DNA of 64,000 nucleotides from Camelus ferus (taxonomy: Eukaryota). The stretch's first letter is position 1, and each line of letters opens with the position of its first letter. The position numbers and the translations under genes are program-made. The notes under the pieces are model-generated. The model was given only the letters and a program-made list of their open reading frames with translations. It did no database searches and was not told where the DNA came from. Location: assembly GCF_009834535.1 (NCBI RefSeq), contig NC_045697.1, positions 19,656,001-19,720,000 of the forward strand. Reading direction: 5' to 3'. This document shows, piece after piece, positions 14,060-26,760 of the stretch.

Positions 14060-15200
14060 AATAAGAGGACATGAACTAAATTTCTCCATAAGATAGACAA
14101 AATTTGTCTATTGGCATATGATATATTAGTTAACATAGAAAAGCCTAATGAATTTAGCAACCAACTACTGGAGTTACTACTAAGAAAATAAAACAAGAGC
14201 ACAAATTACAAGGTTAACAGATAAAAATCCATCATATTGTTATATACTAGCAGCACACATTTGGGAAATGAAATTTTAAAAATTACACTTTTAATTCCAA
14301 AAATTATAAAATAAGACTAAATCTAAGAAAATATGTCTAGAACAACTACACTGAAAAATAAAAACATTGCTGAGAAAAAGAAGACAAAAATATAGGGACA
14401 TTCAATGTTCTTGGGTTGGAAATACAAAGAAGAAAAAAGAAAGCGAAACTTTGCCATGCTTCCAGACATAATGAGCATATTACTTCCAAAGGAAGAGACT
14501 ATCACTGGAATCAACTTCTCAATTGTAACACAGCAACATGGGAAGCACTGGAATGAGATCTACAGACTAGTTAAATAAAAGGAATGCAACCCGACATTCC
14601 ATAGACTGGCAAAACATTACATACCTGTCATGGAAAAAGAATGTGGTTCTGTAAGAATTCTGAGGATATTTCACTCAAATGCCTAATCTTTGTAATGCCA
14701 AAGATAGAACACCAACACTAACTGTAACAAACTAAAATGGAGACTCCAAAAAAAGAAGTGTTAAAAAGTAGGTAAAAGAATTGTGAGAAATGATCCTTAG
14801 CATATATGAATTTGCTGCTAATCCATTCTTAGAATGTGTCCCCTTGGAGTAAACGTACCAGCAAATAAGGGCCAATGAACAAGAATATTCATTATGTAAT
14901 AGTAAAAGCTGACTGGTAACTTTCCGTTAGTAAGAGAATGCTTGTAAAGATTGTGGCATATTCATACGTGAAACTTTATGCAACCATTACTGAAAGAATC
15001 TATAAGACAACTGGGAAGGATTTCTACAATATATACAGTTTTAATATCACAAGCAAGATGTAGTTAAAGGTGTATAATGCAGTGTAGCATTTTTGTAAAA
15101 CCCCACAAAAATAAATAACCCATTGATTATGTAGACATGATTACAAGAGCACAGAGAAGAGTACAGAATGGTCCATAACATTTTGTTTACATGAGTTTGA
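14060..15200 (+). mobile_element. Old LINE-1 fragments
   Basis: AATGAATTTAGCAA, AAAAATCCATCATATTGTTATATACTAGCA, TTGTGGCATATTCATAC. Confidence 0.6.
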
Positions 15201-15209
15201 GGGACTGTG

Positions 15210-15690
15210 GGTGTTTTAGTAGCTTAAATCAACAATCATTAATCATCTCACCATTCTGTGGGCTGGTAATTTGAGCCGTGCTCAGCTGGCTAGAATGGTC
15301 TCACTTGATCTTAGTCATGTGTTTACAGTCATCTGAAGCTTGACTCAGATGAATTATGGAGGCTTGATGAGGAAAATCGGCTGGACTGGCTCATCTCAGC
15401 TCCACGTGGTCTTCATCCTTCAGTAGGCTATCTTGAGTTTCTTCACGTGGTGTACTGCATTCTAAGAGAATGAAAATGGAAGCTGCAAGTTCTCTTTAGG
15501 TCTAGTCTGAGAAGATGTACAATATCACTCTGGTCAAAGTAAGTTCTAAGGCCAGCCTTGATTCAAAGAGTGGGGATATAGGTTCTACTTCTATATGAGA
15601 CGTGGCAAAATGACAATGCAAAGAAGCATGCATACAGGAATCAGAGGAATTCTTGCAACCGCTTTTGCAAAGTTTCTCACAATGCATGAA
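15210..15690 (-). mobile_element. MaLR LTR (MLT1F/H-like), antisense
   Basis: CTCACCATTCTGTGGGCTGG, CAGCTCCACGTGGTCTTCATCCTTCAGTAGGCTA, GGTCAAAGTAAGTTCTAAGGCCAGCC. Confidence 0.75.
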
Positions 15691-15839
15691 TGGTAGGGAT
15701 TATGAAGGAAGGAAGAGAGGAAAGCAGACCCAATATTTAAGGCCAGTGTTTGAGCAGTTGCGCTAATAAAAACATAATCTCAGCTTTGAAATATGAAGGA
15801 GACACAGCACAAACTGAAAAGCCAGTATGGGACACAAAT

Positions 15840-17110
15840 AATTTACTTAGAAACTCTGGTTAGGGGTTAGTATGAGTTTAGTGAAAAGTAGAAATTGAAG
15901 ACTTGTATCAGTGCTCACTATATTAAAAACTTGTATATTTTATAAAATAATTTTTAAAGTTTGTTCTCTCCAAATTAACCTAGTCAGTGTAATTCCAGTA
16001 ACAATTCTAACAGTATTTTTAATGACTAGATAATCCTCAAATGAATGCTGAAGAATAACCAAACTTTTATAATGAAGTCAAATGAGCAGAAAACCAACCT
16101 TACAAAGTATTAAGATTTATTATAAAATGCAGTAATTAAATGTTAAGATATTGACTCATGGATAATTATATTAATTAATGGATAAGAATGTGACATCAGA
16201 ATCAAACTTGTACGTATATGAACATTTAGGATATGATAAAAATGGCACTTGCACTAAATGAGAAAATAGCCCCATATAGGCTGTAACAGGCAGTTAATAC
16301 AGGAGAAAACTGTAACCTGTTAAACATGTGAAAGATGCTCAAAAACACTAATAGTCAGGGAAATACAAATTAATGTAACTCAGAGATACTATTTTTACCC
16401 ATGGCAAAAAATAAAATGCCATATGATGCTAAATTTGGCTAACATATGGTAAAGTTGACTCCTTACGCACTTTAGGCAAAAGGATAAATTGATAACTCAG
16501 TTTCACAGCAATTGGGCTATATCTAGTAAAGTTGAAAAGGCAATTTAACCACTTACGTATCTTTAGGAATTTTTATATGTTTTTACAATGAAATGTGGCT
16601 AAGTATGTTTATTGCTGGAGCTCATTTTGTAGGAGTGAAAAAAATTTAAATAACCTAAATATTCAATAGGGTTATGGGTGAACTATAGAATATGAAGAAA
16701 TGATACACTAAAGTTAAAGTCAATGAAATACATCAAATGTTTCATGGATAGGTAGACCTCAAATCATAATGTTGAGTGAAAAAAAAGCAAGTTTAACAAT
16801 GATTCTTAAGTTATGGTAATATGTATATAAGTGATTAAACCATACACACACTGTGGTGTTTATATATGATATATACTTGTTTCACAACATTCTAACCATG
16901 AATATGAAGAAATAAACTATTTGATAGCGATTGCCTCTGGGACAGAAGGAAATGAGATGAGGAGGAGAAAAATGAAATCTTCAACTAAAGATTATGGTTT
17001 ATTTCCTTCAAGAAAATTTTGAAGCAAATGTGATACAATAATATTTTTTGAATTCTGGGTGATGTTCCAAAGAATATTTGTTACATTATCCTTTACTTGT
17101 CAGTAGATAA
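15840..17110 (+). mobile_element. Old LINE-1 (L1ME-like) ORF2 end and 3' UTR
   Basis: TAAACATGTGAAAGATGCTCAA, GGGAAATACAAATTAA, ATAATGTTGAGTGAAAAAAAAGCAAG. Confidence 0.75.
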
Positions 17111-17189
17111 GATAAAAACATTTAATTTAAATCATTTAAGCTGCTATGGTTATGAAAATAAAAACTGATCCAAGTAAAGTCTGATTCTA

Positions 17190-17400
17190 AGGACAGATAT
17201 GTATTGGATGCTCACCATGTTTCAGGGCACATCAGATGCAGTATCTCAGGCAGTCCTCAGAATAACCTTATGTGGTGGATCATGTTTTTGTTACCATTTT
17301 ACAGGTGAAAAAACTGAGCTGTACAGCAATTAGGTTTATTGTCAAAAGTCATAGATCTAGTAAGTGGTAGAACTGGAATTAGAAGTAAGGCCTTGTGACT
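17190..17400 (-). mobile_element. MIR SINE
   Basis: CCATTTTACAGGTGAAAAAACTGAG...GTCATAGATCTAGTAAGTGGTAGAACTGGAATT. Confidence 0.85.
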
Positions 17401-18189
17401 CACTTAACTGTTAAGTGAGATTCACTTTTGGGCTTTAAAATCCATTGTTTCCTGGAAACTAACTTAGGGAATTTTATTGTAAAGTTAGAAGGCATGAAAT
17501 GAATGGACTGGCAGAATTTGAGTTCCGTTAGGCAGGATTTGGTTAGTCTAAGGATGCTTATACAGGGCTGGAAATGAGAATTTGGAAATTAGTCCACAGA
17601 GAGTGTGGTATTATGGACAAATTGTTAAAAGTACAGCTAAGCCTCTAGGCTGTCTTGTCATAGGAGGGCAGGTCATGTGATATGTGGAGAACCAAAAAAC
17701 AGGCCACTTTTGAGATGATGTATCAGACACACAGGCTTAAGCAGATGGTAATTTGTAGCTAAAATATGGTTACTGGATAGCACTGAGAGAACCAGCAGGA
17801 CATTTGAAATCTTTGAAGAATAAACTTAAAGAACAGTTAGTATAAAGGCAAGACAGAAAACTCAATTACAGCCACACTCTTAATGTTGATAGGATCTTTC
17901 CCACTCCTGAGGCTTTATATTTTTTCTCTAAAGAACTTGGGGTGTTGATGACAAGGAGGAAGAATTGATACATGATTTTGAATTAAAAATGATATAGCTG
18001 TTTTAGAAAAACAAAACAAAACAAAACAAACAGAAGAGAGATCCAGAAGAATATCCTCCCCTCAAATTATCTTTTGTAACATCTCCCAAAATGGAATTGT
18101 TGGCTTAAAAGATGATACAGGCATCGATTCAATAGGATGATGGATGTGAGTCATTCAGAGGAAGAGCTATCAATCACATGAGATTCAGG

Positions 18190-18790
18190 ATGGGATACAT
18201 TATGTCATGGTGAAGAACAACCTCAAAAATTATGACGTTAAATAATAAAAATTTATCTCTCATATGAGGTTTACTGTGACTTAGCCGCTCTCCAGGTCAA
18301 GTTATCTCAATGTGGATGAAGAATTCTCCACCATCCTGTAGCCGTGCCATCTCATTGGTCCTCCTTGGTTGTTGTAGCAGTAAAACTGAAACTTTAGCAA
18401 CTAAATTCTTCAGTCTAGAAATAACAAGCATCACTTCTGCTTAAAGCTCATTGGCCAAAACTGGAAGAGGGGGCTTTTGGAGCTAGAGTCTTCCACGTGT
18501 CTAGAGTAGTAGCAGAAGCTGGATACAGGGAGCACTAGCAATGTCTTCCACAACCATCGTCAACACAGTATTTCCAAAGTCCCTGTGCATGCCTGTTACC
18601 AAGTTGGCAGAGAGTGAAGGAATAGGAAGGATCATACATGAGAAATTTGCCTTGTCCCAGGCTTAGGAGTGGCACTTCAGTCAGAATTCAATCATACTAA
18701 ACTTGAAGGGTGACCAGGAAATGTAATCTAGATGTGTAGCCAGGAAGAAAAGAAATGGGTTTGGAAATGGGCTAGTGTTTGTTGCATGTC
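18190..18790 (-). mobile_element. Old MaLR LTR fragments (MLT1J/K-like)
   Basis: CATCACTTCTGCTTAAAGCTCATTGGCCAAAACT and GGAAATGTAATCTAGATGTGTAGCCAGGAAGAAAAG. Confidence 0.6.
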
Positions 18791-18832
18791 TAACCAGTGT
18801 TGTTCCCTCATTTGGGATCGTTCTTCACCTGT

Positions 18833-19115
18833 ATTTTTTTAAACAGAGGTATAATGGACATACAACATTATACTAGTTTCAGGTGTACAATATATTGATT
18901 TGATATATGTATATCTTGTAAAATGATCACCACAATAAGTCTAGTTAACATTTATCACCATCTAGTTACAAACATTTTTTCCCTTGTGATGAGAATTTTA
19001 AAGATCTACTCTCTTAGCAGCTTTTAAATATGCAATACAGTATAATTAACTATAGTCACTATGCTGTACATTACATCCCTATGACGTAAATATTTTATAA
19101 CTTGAAGTTTGTACC
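18833..19115 (-). mobile_element. LINE-1 3' end (L1MA9-like), antisense
   Basis: poly-T then GTTTCAGGTGTACAA...ATGATCACCACAATAAGTCTAGTTAACAT...AAGATCTACTCTCTTAGCA. Confidence 0.9.
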
Positions 19116-19169
19116 CAAATCTTAATTTTAGTGCTTTTTTCACTTCAAGTTAGTGTAAATATGCAGCCC

Positions 19170-19490
19170 AGATATTTCCCCCAAATTTCAAGTCACATAT
19201 CAAATTGGATATTTCAAAATTACATCCAAAACTGAATACTTGATTTCTTTTCTCACGCTAACCTACTCCACCCACAACCCAGGTCATAGCCGATCAGTTC
19301 ATTCTCTTCAGTCTACCTTCAAATTATGCAAAACTGGAGTAATTCTGATCACTTTTGCTGCTGGTGCCTAATCCAAATCACCATCTCTTACTGAGATGAC
19401 TGCAGAATCTTCTTAACTTTCTGCCCTTGCCCCTATGTTCAGTCTTGTTACTGAAGTAAGAATAATCTATGCAGAGCATGAGTTGGATTT
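19170..19490 (+). mobile_element. L2 LINE fragment
   Basis: CATCCAAAACTGAATACTTGAT, TCTACCTTCAAATTAT, CACCATCTCTTACTGAGATGACTGCA. Confidence 0.65.
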
Positions 19491-22400
19491 TGTCACAGTG
19501 TATATTCAGACTTAGGCTGATGACATTCCTTTTCATGAATTGTTCCATGTCCCTCAGGTGTTGAAGACAACTGCTGTTTTGAAAGGGAATAAATAAAATG
19601 CGCTCAACCACAGTCAAGATTTATAGACCCCACTTGATCCATCCTTTTCTTTCGGTGACATTCTGTGTTTCCCAGTTTTACTCTCCACATAACTGACGAT
19701 GATTATATAGAATAAGGACTATTTCTTTCTCTTTTGTGTCATTAGGAATTAGCTGTCTTCTCTTCTCTGATAGAATTATTATGAATTATAAGGTATGAAA
19801 TCATTCTTAAGACATTGAATAAGTCGTAAAGATTGAGAAACACTTCATGCTTTTGTTCCCACCTTTATTGTAATTTATATAAATCAAATATTGAGAATGC
19901 AACAGCTCAAGCCTTACACTGCTATGTTTTCCTAATGGCAGCCTATGCAGTTCACTACATTTCTTCCATATGAAAGTAGGTGTCACAGGGAAAGAGGCTA
20001 TGAGTCTGTCTTATGTCTTCTCCCAGGCACACACACAGATATACACATACACATGTATATAAAATCTCCCTCTTTCCATTTACATTATATGTGTGTGCAT
20101 CTCCAATAACTTTTTGTTACATGATATTGCTAACTTTTAACATTTCCTGTGATGCACATTATATCTTATTTTATTATTTGCAGATATTATTTCACCATTT
20201 TCCTTAAAAATGATTTTAACAATGTAAGATTTTCCTATGTGTGTGCATTTTGCTGTATTTTTGCCTTTTCAATTTACTTTTTCCCTTTATTACATTTATC
20301 AAAGTGAAGTTTCAGAGACCATAAAGTTCTATTACAATGGAGGAAAAATCAAATACAGTTCTTTGGAAATATCAAATATTGTTTACTTTTATTATTTCAG
20401 CTGTTAAAGTTGCCAGTACTTTTTTATATTTGCCAATTTCATTTGATATTTGCTACTTCATATAAAGTATGACTGATTTTTCCCACTTATTTTCCAATTT
20501 ACTTTTCCTTAAAAGTCAAAGTAAGCCTTGTATATCTTTTTAAAAAACCACACAGTGTGTGGTTAACTTTCTCCAAGATGGAAGATAGATATAGATAGTT
20601 TAGGCAAATGTCAGTTTGGTCATCATATTCTTGAGAAGCCAGTAAGGAGTGCTTTGTCTAATTATGGAGCAATTTTCCTTTTACACATGTAGAACTGTGT
20701 TGAAAAACGTCTAATACATGTTGGAAAACTGTGTTTCTAGCAAAGCAGTTGTAGTTGCATACAAATCACAGTTGCTTTCTAGTTTATGCAGTTAGCAGAT
20801 ATGGAGATTGTCTAGCGTGAGTCAGACTTTGTGTAGAGATTTCCTGAAGGATAAAATAACAATTCTCACTTGGAGTTTGTCTTCAGTGGTTTGTAGTCTA
20901 GAAGGGAAACAATAAAGAAAGTAAAATCTATACGTGGTATCTTGCCCAGTCTACCTCTTCCCATCAGCTGATCTCTTTCATTTGTTTCCCATTTTGTCTC
21001 TTCCTCTTGAAGAACAATATTCTGTATCATGTTATCATTTTGGCATCCACTACAAAACTTAACACCTGAAGGTAGTTAGGGGTTATATTTGATTATATTC
21101 AATAATATCTGCCACTCATTGAACACACAGTACACATTTGTGGAGTCAATGATGGTGATGTTCAAAAGATATGTATATATTTATTTATGAAGATTTTGAT
21201 AATGTGCAATGGTATTTTGAATAATAGAAGAATCTGATTAACATTATTGATATTCTGATAAGAAGAGAGAAGATAAAAGTATTTATTTTTTTCATTTGAT
21301 AAACTGCATTTTTTCATTCATTAGGTAACAATAAGTAATGCGAATCCATCTTCTCTATGGAAAATTTTCTCTAAGGATTCTCTTTCTCTTGTTCTCTCTC
21401 TTTACTTGCTGGTAACTTTTGAGATGGTTTAGTGGTCAGCTGGAGCCACCTGTACATTAAAATTTTTCTACTAGGCAACCATTATAAATAATACATCACT
21501 ACATAAAATGCCTATAAATACAGATTCCTCACTTTTTATGGTTTTTATGAAACAAATTTATGGGAATGAAGATCTCTTATTTAATCAAATTTAATCTAAT
21601 TTAACCAAAATAATTTTTTAGATGTACTAAGGACCATATATATTAATTAACAAATAGATCAGTTTATATCTGAGTTTTCCTTCTGGGACTGTGAAGGATT
21701 TTTGATGAATAGGTATGTTTGTGAATAGATTCCATGGAAAAGTCTCTAGGTCTAAACAGTTGTTTTCCTATGTTAATGATCTTCAGGTGGATATTCAATG
21801 TGACGAGGCAGCCAAATGACCTTCCATCATGATAGTAGCCATTTGACACTATTTTCAAAACAAAATGTCACCTCCCATGGGAGGAAGAAAACTGAAACTT
21901 CAGATGTCATAATTGTCAGGAGAGTCATAACACATTATTTAAAGATTAATAGATGTGCTGAAGATAAGGGAAATATGACCTTCATTATCTCACAAGGAAT
22001 TCAATTTGCTGTCACATAAAATAATGCATGTCTATTGGGCAAATGGCTGGTTCAGTCTCCTTTATGTCACCTGCCAAGTACAATTTCCTTTAGCTAAGGA
22101 CACTAAAGAGGTATTTTGAAAATTCCAATATAACTTAATCCATTTTAGATTAAATCATTCTTTATGATCAAATATCTAATATCATGGATTAATAATGAAG
22201 AACAAATTCAGAAACAGATACATTTTCCATCTCTCATTTTAGTTTCCAGTGATTTTTACTGATAATGTGAGCACTTTTCCTTTTACAGAGGACTAACACA
22301 GTCCTTGTTTAATACTTTTTAAGTTTTAAAGAATGTATGATTGAATGTAAGCTACATTTTTTCTCTAAAATGAAAAGCAATTAATTACTTTGTAAAAAGT

Positions 22401-23134
22401 GAAAAAAATACTCTCACATTGAGCACATCTATATAGCACTAGAATAGAACAATGGAAATTAAAAACAAAGAAGTTTGTAAAGATATATTTTATTTGTTGA
22501 GAATAATATTGCAAGAAGAATTGAGGTAGTCACAATTCTTACCTACAAGCTGGTGCTGCAAAGGAGAACAGATGACAGGGCTGTCACCTTCTAGGTTGCC
22601 TGGGACAGTCCTAGTTTAAGGTTGTTTTATATGGTTATTAACAACACATCCTTCCAACTTCAAATTGTCTTGCTTTTGAGTGATATATGAACACTCTACT
22701 TAAAGCAGACAAAATCTAAACTGCTTTTAGAAAGATGAGTAAAAGTTAGATGACAGTTGGCAAAGTTTGGAAAAATGTACAAGAGGGAATTACATATTCC
22801 AAGACCTTCAAGAATGAGTATTTTTGAGGAATGACAAGTGCAGTGTGAATGGAGTATAGCATTTGAGGGGTGTTTAGTATTGAGAGTTGTCTAAATGTGA
22901 AGTCGAGAGTCATTCCAATATCCTCTTCTTCTGGAAGTCTGTAGTTCTATTTTATTTTATTTTTTAAATGATTTGATTTGATTTGACTTGAAATTTAGAC
23001 TTGCCCCTGATCTTCTAGCATCATGGTCCTGATTGCTGAGCTGTTTGCCAAAAAGGGACATCTTGTAAAGACAGGTTTCCTGCCAGTTCGCCCTTCTTTG
23101 TCTGGGACCTGCGTGTAACCATGAAAATGCACCT

Positions 23135-23474
23135 TTCTATAGACTGAATGTTTGTGTCCCCCCCAAAATTTATATGTTGAAGTTTTAAATCCCAGTGTAA
23201 TGGTGTTTGGAGGCGGAGGCCCATGGTTGGTGGTCAGGTTATGAGAGTGGAGCCCTTGTGAATGAGATTAGTGCCTTTACTAGAGAGAGCCCAGAGAGTT
23301 CCCTCACCCCCCCTCCCCCGCATCTGAAAATACAGCGGGAAGACAGCCATCTGTGAGCCAGGAAGTGGGCCCTCACCAAACACCAAATCAGCAGGTATCC
23401 TGATCTGGGACTTCCCTGCCTCCAGAACTATAAGAAATAAATATGTTTAATAGCAACCAGAGTGGACTAAGACA
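23135..23474 (+). mobile_element. MaLR solo LTR, MLT1A0-like
   Basis: TTCTATAGACTGAATGTTTGTGTCCCCCC...GGACTAAGACA flanked by perfect 5-bp TSD CACCT (23130-23134, 23475-23479). Confidence 0.95.
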
Positions 23475-23814
23475 CACCTGAGGTGCAGTTTTTGAGTGTT
23501 TTTCCTTCAGCACCTGTTTCCCTATTACTAATGAATTTATTCCTCCAGCAGACCTTACCAGAAGGCCAGATATCCTGTGGTCCACTGGCATGGTCTCCTG
23601 AGTATCTGAAATCCACTTTTAGCAAGAATGTGTTTATGCTGGTTGCTGGGTGCCCTAGAGAGAACCTTGGAAATAGAAGAGAATGAGTTAGAAGTTATAT
23701 GGAATTTATGATTCTTTTGTTATTTTATGGATTTGCCACCTAGAAACTGTGTTCAAATGTCCCACTCCTCTCCATAAAAATAAACTTCTTTAAATAGGGT
23801 TGTGTTACAAGGAA

Positions 23815-23990
23815 ATTTGAAATGGGGAGTCAGGAATTAAGGTTCCACTCTAGGCTTCTTCCAGTAATTGGCCATGTGACCTTGTGTTAATACTAACCCT
23901 TTCTTAGCTGCAGGTTTCTCTTTTCCATGATAAGGGAGCTGAATACATAATGATTTAAGCCCTCTGGGCTCTAAATTTCTACAAGATTTA
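23815..23990 (+). mobile_element. MIR SINE
   Basis: GGAGTCAGGAATTAAGGTTC...GCCATGTGACCTTG. Confidence 0.7.
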
Positions 23991-25639
23991 AAAATGTCTT
24001 AAAGTGTCCCTGTGCCCTGGGAAGAGCCTCAAGTGCACACACGCCTGCGTCTGGCCTGCTGAACCAAGCACAGGTCACTGCCTCGGGCTCTTGGGCCTGG
24101 ACTTAGTGTGCTTCTCTGACAGCGCTCGTGATAAATCATGTGGAGGTCTCAAAGCTCAGGCGACAGTGCTGCCCTGTACTGTAGGTAAGAAATCTGTCCT
24201 ATTTAGCCTCACAAGCTGACAACTGCTGCTTATGTGTTAAATTTATAGTTCGAGGCCAAATTCACACAAGGCAATCAGCACAAATGACTTGAATTTGAGA
24301 CACTTACATGGAAAAATCTCAGCACCGAATAGTGAGGTAATAACCACATCAGTATTAGGAGTCTAGTTCTTCAAGCATCTGTGATAGACAGAAATTGAAA
24401 AATGCTTATGAAATTATTTTTGTTCCTGAGAATAAAATTAATAAGAACGTTCTGAAAATTCCAAGACACTTAATAATTCCTTTTATTGTATATTTTACGA
24501 ATTAGTACTGACGTGACCAAAGTGTAAACTTGTTGGTGAGCATATTTTCCATATAACTTGTTAACTCCTAACAGAGCATAGATATTTAAAAAAAAGGAAA
24601 GACCAAGGGCAGACCTTTTATTTCCTGACTGAACTGTTTAGGAAATGGAGTAGAAAGAAAATATTCTGTGTAGTACTGAACACTCTTCTTTACTTCTTTT
24701 TAAAAACTCTAATAATGGAGATTCTGTTTTTTAACAGTTTTTGAGGTCTTGTTATAATCCAGGACTTTTATGAATGATTTCGTTAAGAATATTTTCCAGG
24801 ATTTAAATCGAGGTCTCAAAAGACCTCTATCTCCTCTAAATCACAATGCCTCGTCAATATATAAATAGATAGTGGAGAAGAAATATTTTTTGTAGCAAAT
24901 TTAAATTTAATGTTAAAGAGTATCAGATAAAGGTATTGGCACATTTAACAAGTGGTTTAAATATTTGTTTCCTGAAAAATAATTAGATGTGTCTATATAA
25001 CATACGGAATCATTAGACTAAAGATATTTATCTTAAAGGGCACAAGGTAAGGCTGAAAATTGAGAAGGGTAGCTAAAAGTCTTTGTCATAAGAAATTCTG
25101 CTATGTAACTCATGAAGACTTCCCTCTCATTCCTGAAAGCAGGCTCTGTTTCCAAAGAGACTTTTACTGTTGGAAAATAGGCTTCTTTACTTTGCAGTTG
25201 CCCTGAAAAGTCAGTTCCAAAGTTCTGTTTCATATATTGCTTCACCTCTAATTGTTCTCTTAAAGTTTATTTGACAACTTATGGAATTTTTCTGTCATGT
25301 CAGAACATTGGAAATAAACATAACACACCATATTCATTCAGTCAGTCATTCAGCAAATATTAAATCCACACCAACTAGGTGACGCTAGAGACCCTATGCG
25401 TGGCCCAGGGAATCCCTAGTTCCATCTAGCAGAGCCCATATACCACGGAGCTCACGATGTAGTTTATACTTTTTCTGTCACCCATTCTTCACGTTTGCTT
25501 GCCTGGTTTTTAGGATAGTACTTGGCACATAGTATGCATCCAGTAATCACCTATTAAAACTAAACCACACTGGCAGTTCTCTGGTGCCCAGCTTCAGCAA
25601 AATAACAAAATGCTGAAGTTAAAAAGGACGTCATTGTTC

Positions 25640-25790
25640 ACTTACCCAGATGCCCTAATTCTGTAGAAGAGAAAGCTGTCTACAGAATGAATAAACACAG
25701 AGAAACGTGTTATATCCAAGGTCACACAGATTTAGAGCAGAACTGGAGAGGGAGAGAGATTCATTCTTTTGTCCAGTGCTTCTTTACAAT
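25640..25790 (-). mobile_element. MIR SINE fragment
   Basis: TCCAAGGTCACACAGATTTAGAGCAGAACTGG. Confidence 0.6.
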
Positions 25791-26589
25791 ATGGTCTGCT
25801 TTCTAAAGATTAAGTGCAGCACAAAATTAGTAAAGATAAATATTTACTACTCAAGGTAACTTATGAACTCTATTTGCTAAAAAGCTGATATAATAATGCT
25901 AGGCTTTCATATCATAAGATTTCATTTGATGCCTATAACAGGTGTAGTATTTGGTAGAAACTCAGTTATAATTCTGTAGGTGTCAACTCACATTTGTCAC
26001 CATGTCTCAGCAAAATGACTGTCACTGGGTATTGATACAGAAATGAGTTTCACAACGAATCTCTTTATCAACAATAGAATAAATGGCTCTCTCTGATGCC
26101 CTCTTTGAAAATGTAGCCTGGGAATATAGTCATATCTTGGGTCAAAATGAAGCATTTAGGGAAAAGAAGAGTATTATTTTCTTGAGGCAAGAGCAGAACA
26201 CTCATGTTCTGAGGAAAATATATTTAACCAGTGAATTAGATAGAAAGATTGAAAAATAATGATAAAAACTGTGCTCTTAGAAGTTTGCTGTTATGGCTAC
26301 ATATCTGTTTTATTTTGGTTTTTTTTTTTTTTCTTGGTTTTAAGTGATCTTGCATCTCTTTTGATGCATTTCCATGTCCCTTTGGGTTAAGGTGGTGTGT
26401 TCTTCTGTGAAGATTCCCTGTGACATTTCTGTGTCAGAATCTGACCCCAGGCATGGTTTGTTCTCACATAGCAAAAGCCATCCATGGGTTATTTCTGAGT
26501 GCAAATGGCTGGAGAAAGCTCTTTTCAATCTGTATGACAATGAAAAATCTAGTACACTGGATTTTCACAATGATATTAATAAACATAAA

Positions 26590-26760
26590 ATTTCACATTA
26601 AAGCTTTACTCTGTTCCAGATTTTATGCTAAAAACTTACTGTCAATTTGTATATTTAATCCTCACAGCTCTGTAAAGTAGGTTATATTATCATCTGCATT
26701 GCACATGCAAGGAAAATTATGCTTAAAAAAATCAGAACTCAAATACATTATTCACTTGGA
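26590..26760 (-). mobile_element. MIR SINE fragment
   Basis: ATTTAATCCTCACAGCTCTGTAAAGTAGG. Confidence 0.65.
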
